NCBI GenBank assembly: GCA_965203805.1
Contig: OZ241917.1
Coordinates: 5,696,001 to 5,760,000, forward strand
Direction of reading: 5' to 3'
Source: Candidatus Latescibacterota bacterium
GTDB taxonomy: Bacteria; Latescibacterota; UBA2968; GCA-2709665
DNA: 64,000 nucleotides
In this document: piece by piece, positions 57,316 to 64,000 of the stretch
How positions within the stretch are numbered: the stretch's first letter is position 1
Layout: every line of letters begins with the position of its first letter
Made by a program: the position numbers and the translations under genes
The notes under the pieces: generated by a model
Told to the model about the DNA's origin: nothing
Databases searched by the model: none
What the model saw: the letters and a program-made list of their open reading frames with translations, nothing else

Positions 57316-58119
57316 ATGCGAGTATACTTCGAGTTTATAAAAAATGGAGCACAGACCGAACTGGCATACAGAATGAGCGTTTTTCTTAGAATTGCCAGTC
57401 AACTATTCATTCTTGTCGTGAGAGTCGCAATGTGGAACGCATTGCTAAAGGCAGCAGGTGGTGGGGTTTCCACGGACATGGGGTACGTAAATCTTGAAGA
57501 TATGATGACTTACAATGTTATGAGTTCTGTAGCGACAATATTGATATCGACAACTGTCCTCAATGAAGTCGACGAAAAAATCAAGTCAGGCCAGGTTAGT
57601 ATAGACCTGATAAGACCGTTCAACTTCAAGGGATCCCTGTTTTGCTCGACAATCGGTACAAACTCCGTAAAGGCAGCGATAGAAGCGTTACCTCTCCTCA
57701 TTATTTCAATTCTGCTCTATGACATAAGCATGCCATCGTTGAAATATCAGCTCCTATCCTCGTTTTGTCTTGTCAACGCCCTCATTTTACTCTTCATGCT
57801 CAATTACGTGCTCGGGCTTCTGGGATTCTGGTATCTTTCGGTGTGGCAGTTCAGGATGATTGTAGGGATGCTGGTCATGATTTTGGGCGGGCAACAGATA
57901 CCGCTCTGGTTTTTTCCGGACTATCTTGTCGATGCCTCTGCGTACCTCCCCTTCAGGCTGGTCTACTTTGCTCCTCTATCGATATTTCTTGAAAAGACAA
58001 CCTTGATAGGTTCGCTAAGTTTAATTCTCCAGCAATTTCTGTGGATCGGATTTCTTGTCTTCATAGAAAGAACTGTTTGGTCCAGAGGAATAAGAAAGCT
58101 CGTCATTCAGGGAGGCTAG
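57316..58119 (+). CDS. ABC-2 family permease (DUF990/COG4587-type)
   Basis: LAYR, IKSGQVSIDLIRP, IPLWFFP, LPF..VYFAP, LVIQGG terminus. Confidence 0.88.
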   Translation: MRVYFEFIKNGAQTELAYRMSVFLRIASQLFILVVRVAMWNALLKAAGGGVSTDMGYVNLEDMMTYNVMSSVATILISTTVLNEVDEKIKSGQVSIDLIRPFNFKGSLFCSTIGTNSVKAAIEALPLLIISILLYDISMPSLKYQLLSSFCLVNALILLFMLNYVLGLLGFWYLSVWQFRMIVGMLVMILGGQQIPLWFFPDYLVDASAYLPFRLVYFAPLSIFLEKTTLIGSLSLILQQFLWIGFLVFIERTVWSRGIRKLVIQGG

Positions 58120-58121
58120 AA

Positions 58122-58946
58122 GTGGGCAACCTTCCATTGTATCGTGGGTTTATTGCCGCCCATATGAAGGCGCAGATGGAATATCGATTCGGGTTTTTCG
58201 TAGAACATGCCGTCTTAATGTTGTACTACTGCATTTCATATCTGGGCCTTTGGATAGTCCTTGAGAAATTTCAGACTATCGCTGGCTGGACATTCTATGA
58301 AGTATTGCTTCTTTTCAGCCTCAACCTCTTTGCGTATTCCATGAGCAGTTTTTTCTTCGGGTTTGGGTCCATGCGCAATATGGACAGGCTTGTCCAGCGA
58401 GGAACCTTCGATAGCCTGTTGATCTTTCCTCTGAATCCGTTGGTACACCTCGCATTGAAACACTTCTCGAACAGCTATGTCGCTCATTCGGTCCTCTGTA
58501 TTGTAATCTTCGTCGTGTGTTTCGAAGAATTAGACGTCAAACTTGGACCGCTGGATGTTCTGCTTTTTTGTGTAGTATTGATAGGTGGCGCGTTGATTCA
58601 GGCTGCGGCAATGATATCGACAGGAACCATAAGCTTCTGGTTTGTTCGGTCGACATCCGCGGTAGACGGGGCAATGCAATACACGGCTAAATTTGTGGAC
58701 TATCCGATTGTTATCTATCAACGGTGGGTTCAGGTCGTTTTGACTTTCATACTTCCGTTCGCCTTTATCAGTTTCTACCCTGCAGAGACGTTTCTCGGTC
58801 GAAACAATACCTCCGTACTACATGGTATCTTGATTTTCGATCCACTGTTTCAATTCGGAACGCCATTGGTCGGGGCAGTCTTGTTCTTTTTCGCGTACAT
58901 GTTCTGGAAGTGGGGAATCAACCACTATCAGAGTACTGGTACTTGA
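58122..58946 (+). CDS. ABC-2 family permease (DUF990/COG3694-type)
   Basis: GTG 58122 with GGAGG; MEYR, GW..YE, GTFDSLL..P, YPI.IY, YQSTG terminus. Confidence 0.88.
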   Translation: MGNLPLYRGFIAAHMKAQMEYRFGFFVEHAVLMLYYCISYLGLWIVLEKFQTIAGWTFYEVLLLFSLNLFAYSMSSFFFGFGSMRNMDRLVQRGTFDSLLIFPLNPLVHLALKHFSNSYVAHSVLCIVIFVVCFEELDVKLGPLDVLLFCVVLIGGALIQAAAMISTGTISFWFVRSTSAVDGAMQYTAKFVDYPIVIYQRWVQVVLTFILPFAFISFYPAETFLGRNNTSVLHGILIFDPLFQFGTPLVGAVLFFFAYMFWKWGINHYQSTGT

Positions 58947-58975
58947 ACAACCTATCGATCAGGTAGTCACATAAA

Positions 58976-60034
58976 ATGGCGAAAATCCCTTCCATACTCA
59001 GGTTTGCAATCCGTGCAATAGCGGCATTATTCCTGGTGGCTACCGTTCTGTGGCTCGTGAAGATCGACCAGGTCGCAGTCGGCGAGGGGCTCGTTGCGTC
59101 TGAACACGAAACCTGGATTAGTTCCCTCGTTGAAGCTCGTGTGGAGTCCGTCATAATCAAAGAAGGCGAAATGGTAGCTCTCGGCGACACATTGGTTAAA
59201 CTGGATGGTTCGAATGCCAGGCTTCAATTGGACGAAGCCGAACAACTGTACAGAACGGCTATAGCCGAACGGGAGGTTAGTCGCGCCGAGCTTGAGATCC
59301 TGGAAACTCCCCCTTCCAAGAATATCATCGCAATGCTTCAATCTGAGTTGCGATCCTCACGAGAACAACTGGATCACGCCGAGGGGCAACTTCGCAGAGA
59401 ACGCGAACTGATGCTTCGCGGCGGGCTTACATCTGCAGAGGAGTTGGCGAAAGCAGTCTTGGACTCCAAATTAACAGCCCTTCGGGTTCAGAAAATCGCA
59501 TCCACAATAGCTGCTGAACAGGAGGAACCGATCGCTGCTCGCGTACGGAAGGCTCGTTTCGACCTGCAAGCCAATCAGGCTCTGGTCCGTAGAGCCGAGG
59601 TTGAAATCACAAAAAAAAGCAGGAACCTGGCCGACCACGCTCTCGTTGCTCCTGATTCCGGACGGGTTCATCTGGTGTTGGTCAGGTGGGGCGATATGGT
59701 CGCTGTGGGTGACTCTCTTCTATTGCTCGTACCGAATGGACGTAAGTATGGGAGATGTATGGTGCCGGCAAAATACGGACCCTGGATGGAGGTTGGACAA
59801 AGAGTGACGATTTCGCCAGTCTGGGAACGGTCGTACGAGCTATCTGGAAAGGTCAGTGCGGTTCGTCGACATGTCCGGAAAAATCACCTCTCAGTGTTGG
59901 TCGATGTTGGTTTTGACTCGCCTCCTCCGCTGACGTTGGGCGATAAAATCAGAGTTGAAATAACGCTCAGACGGAGTGGATTGTTGAAGCTATTATTGTT
60001 CCCGTTCGACTGGGAACAGGCCACAACCTGGTAA
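58976..60034 (+). CDS. HlyD-family periplasmic adaptor
   Basis: N-terminal TM, DQVAVGEG, V..EGEMV..GD.L, long coiled coil, LVAPDSGRV; ends LLFPFDW. Confidence 0.85.
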   Translation: MAKIPSILRFAIRAIAALFLVATVLWLVKIDQVAVGEGLVASEHETWISSLVEARVESVIIKEGEMVALGDTLVKLDGSNARLQLDEAEQLYRTAIAEREVSRAELEILETPPSKNIIAMLQSELRSSREQLDHAEGQLRRERELMLRGGLTSAEELAKAVLDSKLTALRVQKIASTIAAEQEEPIAARVRKARFDLQANQALVRRAEVEITKKSRNLADHALVAPDSGRVHLVLVRWGDMVAVGDSLLLLVPNGRKYGRCMVPAKYGPWMEVGQRVTISPVWERSYELSGKVSAVRRHVRKNHLSVLVDVGFDSPPPLTLGDKIRVEITLRRSGLLKLLLFPFDWEQATTW

Positions 60035-60141
60035 GAATGATAGAACGCGGATACTCGTCGATGCGGCGCATCAGTGGCTTTGCGTTCCCGCCTTGGCCGT
60101 CAGAATCAGGACGTTCCCGATACCCGCCCGCCTGAGTGAGA

Positions 60142-60265
60142 CATAAGGCGACAGTCAACTCCACGGCAGTAATCCATGGTACGCCGCCGCGTGAGGGACT
60201 TTGTCGTCAGAGAGACCGGGATTGACGAAGCAATCAGAAGGATGTACCTGGCCAGGTCCAATTGA
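60142..60265 (+). pseudogene. Frameshifted C-terminal remnant of a second COG4586-type ATPase
   Basis: HKATVNSTAVIH plus VRDFVVRETGIDEAIRRMYLARSN* aligns by eye with DKRNVNSSSLIQ...IRDFDVQQAEIEEVIRRLYLS of 56213-57217. Confidence 0.75.
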
Positions 60266-60288
60266 ACCGTCTCGAAGGCGGCCATGAC

Positions 60289-61089
60289 ATGAAAGTCTAC
60301 ATTGAATTCCTGAAGAACGCCTTCCAGTCCAATCTGGCTTACAAGATGAATGTATTCCTGAGCCTGATCAGCTCGATCGTCATCCTGCTTGTACAGATCT
60401 ATTTCTGGCGCGCGCTGTTCCGGGATATCGGTCAGACAACGACGCATATGGGCGTGATCAGCTTTCGGGATATGGTCACGTACACACTCGTCAGCACCGG
60501 AATCTCCATTGCGATCAGCACAAGAACCCTGTCCGCTGTCAGTGGCAAGATCAGAACGGGGGAGATAGCGATGGACCTCATCAAGCCGGTGAGTCTGAAG
60601 GGCATGCTGTTTTTCGATGCGCTCGGAAACAACAGCTTCAGGATGGTTTTCGAGCTGATGCCCTTTCTGATCGTGGGCGTTCTGATGTTCGGCATTCGCC
60701 TTCCCTCTGAGCCGTACCTGATCCTGTTCGTGATTTCCGCGATCAACGGAATGATGATCTATTTTTCGATCAGCTATCTGATCGGACTCATCGGGTTCTG
60801 GTTCCTTGCCGTTGGATCCTTGAGCATGCTCTTCAACGTTCTCATCAACGTATTCTCAGGAGAGATGGTACCGTTATGGTTCTTCCCTGATTTCCTGTAC
60901 GATCTTTCGGCGTTTCTGCCGTTCCGTCTTATCTATTTTGCGCCGCTTGCGATATTTCTCGAGAAAACAGTCATGGCAGACGCGATAGGCTTTGTCCTCC
61001 AGCAATTCCTGTGGATAGGAATCCTGGCGGGAATTGAGAGAATTATGTGGATGAGGGCGGTGAGAAAGCTCGTCATACAGGGTGGTTGA
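60289..61089 (+). CDS. ABC-2 family permease (paralog of 57316-58119)
   Basis: MKVYIEF.KN, DLIKP, VPLWFFPD, LPFRL.YFAPL.IFLEKT, RKLVIQGG. Confidence 0.88.
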   Translation: MKVYIEFLKNAFQSNLAYKMNVFLSLISSIVILLVQIYFWRALFRDIGQTTTHMGVISFRDMVTYTLVSTGISIAISTRTLSAVSGKIRTGEIAMDLIKPVSLKGMLFFDALGNNSFRMVFELMPFLIVGVLMFGIRLPSEPYLILFVISAINGMMIYFSISYLIGLIGFWFLAVGSLSMLFNVLINVFSGEMVPLWFFPDFLYDLSAFLPFRLIYFAPLAIFLEKTVMADAIGFVLQQFLWIGILAGIERIMWMRAVRKLVIQGG

Positions 61090-61090
61090 A

Positions 61091-61912
61091 ATGAGTAACC
61101 TCGGATTGTACGGGCGATTTCTGGTCGTCTATCTGAAAACCCTGATTGAATACAGGTTCAATTTCTTTACATCGCAGATCATCACGATCGTCGTGTATCT
61201 GATCAGCTTTCTGGGCGTATGGATCGTCCTGAATAAGTTCAAGGTCGTTCACGGCTGGAATTTCTACGAGATCATGCTGCTGTACAATCTCAATCTGTTC
61301 TCGTACGGCGCAAGCAGTCTGTTATTCAGAGGACCCATGCGCGATCTGGAGTTCATGGTTCAGGATGGGTCGTTCGATAGTATATTGATCTATCCGATGA
61401 ACCCGTTCGTCAACCTGATCTGCCGTGATTTCAGCCATGGTTTTATGGCGCACGTCGCATTGAGTTCTGTTTTCTTTTACATATGCTTCGACAATCTGGA
61501 CATTGTGTGGACGTGGGCGAACGTCATCTGGTTCGGGCTGGTGCTGATCGGCGCCACGTTGGTCCAGGCCGCGATCATGGTACTGACGGGGACCATGAGC
61601 TTCTGGTTTGTGAGGTCGGCGGCAGTTGTCGATACGGCGATATACGGTTTGAGGAGGTTTGTCAACTATCCTCTCGGCATGTACGACAAATGGGTACAGG
61701 TACTCTTGACTTTCGTCATCCCGTACGGCTTTGTCGCCTATTTCCCTGCGGAGGATTTCTTGAACAAATCGGACGCTCCATTATTCCATGGGATCACTCT
61801 GTTCGATCCGTTATTCCAGTACGGAACGCCACTGGTCGGCATCGTAAGCTTTTTCCTGGCGTACAGACTCTGGTGTGTCGGCATCAACAGATACGAGAGT
61901 ACAGGGTCGTAG
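61091..61912 (+). CDS. ABC-2 family permease (paralog of 58122-58946)
   Basis: EYRF, GW.FYE, FWFVRS..VVD, FDPLFQYGTPLVG, YESTGS; start is 61091 or 61082. Confidence 0.88.
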   Translation: MSNLGLYGRFLVVYLKTLIEYRFNFFTSQIITIVVYLISFLGVWIVLNKFKVVHGWNFYEIMLLYNLNLFSYGASSLLFRGPMRDLEFMVQDGSFDSILIYPMNPFVNLICRDFSHGFMAHVALSSVFFYICFDNLDIVWTWANVIWFGLVLIGATLVQAAIMVLTGTMSFWFVRSAAVVDTAIYGLRRFVNYPLGMYDKWVQVLLTFVIPYGFVAYFPAEDFLNKSDAPLFHGITLFDPLFQYGTPLVGIVSFFLAYRLWCVGINRYESTGS

Positions 61913-61933
61913 TTTCCTGCGGGCTGTGAAAAT

Positions 61934-62989
61934 ATGCTGCGTACTTCCAAATACGTTCTGCGCTTCCTCGCGGTCATTCTGGCCGTCGTCGCAGTTCTAT
62001 GGTTTGTGGAAATCGACCAGGTGGCAAAGGGAACAGGAAGAATCGTACCCGAGAGAGAAACCTGGATCAGCGGGCTCGTCAAAGCGCAGATCGCAAAGGT
62101 CTATGTGGAGGAGGGTCAACTGGTGGCGGCAGGAGATTCCCTGATTGCGTTCAAGAGCGACATTGCTGAATCGCGGCTCACCGTTGCAAGACGAGCCTAC
62201 GAGCGTTCCGTGGCCGAGCGGGAGGCCGCGAGGGCCACGCTCCAGGCCGTTGAGGCGTCGCCTCCCGAACAGGAACTGAAAGGTCTCAGTAGTGAATTGG
62301 AAGCAATGAAGGAGAAATCTCGATTGGCGAACTGGCAGTTGAAGATGGCACACCGATTATTCGATCACGGCGGGCTTGTCAGCGCTGACGATCTGGAGAA
62401 AGCCAGGTCAGATTCGATCCTCGCCACGATGCATATCGAGAAATCGTTGTCAGCGTTGGAGCTGTTGAAGTCAGGGCCGATAACTCCCCTGCGCAAGAAG
62501 GCGTTCTTTACGTTCAAGGCGAGGGATGCGGAAGTAGCCGAAGCTGAAGCCGCATACAACATGGTTCGCCGGGAAATGGGGCGCTATACACTGCGGGCGC
62601 CCGGACCGGGACGGATCCTGATGGTCCTGCGCAAGGCGGGCGGGGTTCCCTCCGTGGGCGATACGCTGATGTTGATCGGATCGGAGGATCCTGTGTTGGC
62701 CGAGTGCCACGTTCCGGCGGAGTTCGCTCCGTGGATCAGGCGAGGACAGGACGTCAATCTCTGGCCGCAGTGGGAAAGTTCATTTGAATTCTCGGGGCAG
62801 GTACAGTCGGTGCGGCGCTATGTGCAGCGAGAGGGATATCCCTCCGTACGCGTCCTTGTGAGGATCGATTCGGTGCCCCCCCTTGTTCCCGGGAACCGAC
62901 TCGTGGCCGAAGTAAAGCTGCGCCGCGCCAGTATTCTTGAGTTGATTCTGTTTCCATTTGACTGGTCAATCGCCGGCGATTCAGAATAA
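61934..62989 (+). CDS. HlyD-family periplasmic adaptor (paralog of 58976-60034)
   Basis: IDQVA.G.G, ETWIS.LV, LRAPGPG, P.WE.S.E.SG.V; ends LILFPFDW. Confidence 0.85.
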   Translation: MLRTSKYVLRFLAVILAVVAVLWFVEIDQVAKGTGRIVPERETWISGLVKAQIAKVYVEEGQLVAAGDSLIAFKSDIAESRLTVARRAYERSVAEREAARATLQAVEASPPEQELKGLSSELEAMKEKSRLANWQLKMAHRLFDHGGLVSADDLEKARSDSILATMHIEKSLSALELLKSGPITPLRKKAFFTFKARDAEVAEAEAAYNMVRREMGRYTLRAPGPGRILMVLRKAGGVPSVGDTLMLIGSEDPVLAECHVPAEFAPWIRRGQDVNLWPQWESSFEFSGQVQSVRRYVQREGYPSVRVLVRIDSVPPLVPGNRLVAEVKLRRASILELILFPFDWSIAGDSE

Positions 62990-63037
62990 TGGGTTCGACG
63001 CGATGTACCGTGCCTGGAAAGTGACCGCGACGCCCCT

Positions 63038-64000
63038 TCACGGATAATCGCTGAAGACCTCGCTGGCGCCGGACAGGAGGTTTTGGAGACGGTCGCCGGC
63101 CTTCATCACGCCTCGGATCCGTCGCAGGCAGGCCACGTCTTCCAGCGGGTTCCCGTCCACGGCAATGATGTCCGCCAGATAACCCGGAGCGAGGCGCCCC
63201 AGCCGATCCGCCATTCCCAGCATATCGGCCGTATTCGTAGTCACGGCCCTGATCGCGTCGACGGTTGAGACGCCGAGGTCCGCCATCGCCCTGGCCTCTC
63301 GCCACAACGTCGCGTGCGTACTGTCGGTTCCGAGGCAGACTTTCACCCCGGCCAGAACGGCTTCCGGGAGATGGCGCGCCGTGCGTTCCCTGGCGCGCTC
63401 CACGCGGCGGCGCCACCAATCCATTTGCCAGGTCTCGAAGGACTCGAATCCAACCTCACGGTCGAAGAAAAGCTGAAGATTGGGGTCGCTCAGGTACGCG
63501 CCGGTCTTCACGAACAGGTCCACGTCTTCGGCCTCGAGCAGATTGGCGTGCTCGATACTGTCGATCCCCGCCTCCATGGCCCATCGCATCGCCGGGCCGC
63601 CGATCGCGTGCGCGGCCACCGGAACGCCCAGGTCGTGCGAGACGCCGATGGCCGCCTCAATCTCTTCCCGCGAATAGGCCGCCACGTCCGTAAGGTCGCC
63701 CCGCAGATAGTCCCCGAACGTATCGCCGACTCTCACGTTGGTGATGAACAGTTTCGTCCAGTCCGCCCCCTCCGACACGTTTTCACGGATTCGCGCCGCG
63801 AGTTCTGCTTCGCCGTCGGCCGGAAAGGAGAGAAAGGGCGCGGTGCCGTTCGCCGGTCGCAGCGCCCGCACACAGACCTTCAGCCGGGGTCCCACGGCCT
63901 CTTTTCGTCGGATGGCCTCCTGGAACGGCTTTTCGACACCCGCACGGTCTCCAAGCGTCCGCATGGTGGTCACGCCCGCGGCCAGGTCGCTCCTGAGATT
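63038..64000 (-). CDS. Amidohydrolase family protein, 5'-truncated by the window edge
   Basis: GVTTMRTLG, VAAHAIG, SIEH, LGTD, G.LAPG..ADIIAVDGNP. Confidence 0.9.
   Translation of the reverse strand, partial: NLRSDLAAGVTTMRTLGDRAGVEKPFQEAIRRKEAVGPRLKVCVRALRPANGTAPFLSFPADGEAELAARIRENVSEGADWTKLFITNVRVGDTFGDYLRGDLTDVAAYSREEIEAAIGVSHDLGVPVAAHAIGGPAMRWAMEAGIDSIEHANLLEAEDVDLFVKTGAYLSDPNLQLFFDREVGFESFETWQMDWWRRRVERARERTARHLPEAVLAGVKVCLGTDSTHATLWREARAMADLGVSTVDAIRAVTTNTADMLGMADRLGRLAPGYLADIIAVDGNPLEDVACLRRIRGVMKAGDRLQNLLSGASEVFSDYP

Overview
The window appears to come from a GC-rich diderm bacterium. The gene content resembles Ca. Latescibacterota/Gemmatimonadota-type uncultured lineages (inference only). 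Positions 1-38.7 kb are mostly backbone. They hold an OM beta-barrel, a lipoprotein, an HD dNTPase-like gene convergent with an HNH nuclease, a BNR protein, tonB, a TlpA-like redoxin with an in-frame TGA, blaI plus a blaR1-like fusion, a PsrA-like TetR with an RND pump, and an AAA-DUF4143 ATPase. They also hold catabolic enzymes, a NIP-like aquaporin, the pfk-gap-pgk-tpiA-secG-tRNA-Leu(GAG) cluster, comF, a HAD-YvcK/CofD fusion plus a second HAD, a DUF62 SAM hydrolase, radC and an ankyrin protein. Positions ~38.7-63 kb are a visibly AT-richer accessory island devoted to export. It encodes a sensor kinase and a sigma54 activator with a complete sigma54 promoter. These precede four large ABC-2 permeases (A-B-A'-B'), a NEW3-domain protein and one ATPase. 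A second ABC system follows, in which a permease-permease-HlyD module is tandemly duplicated behind one intact ATPase, with a decayed second ATPase remnant. Two apparently identical 1823-bp IS copies (6-bp AAGRTT target duplications) and a group II intron 5' fragment lie in the island. No CRISPR array or rRNA gene was seen. All calls are from motif recognition by eye; no searches were run.
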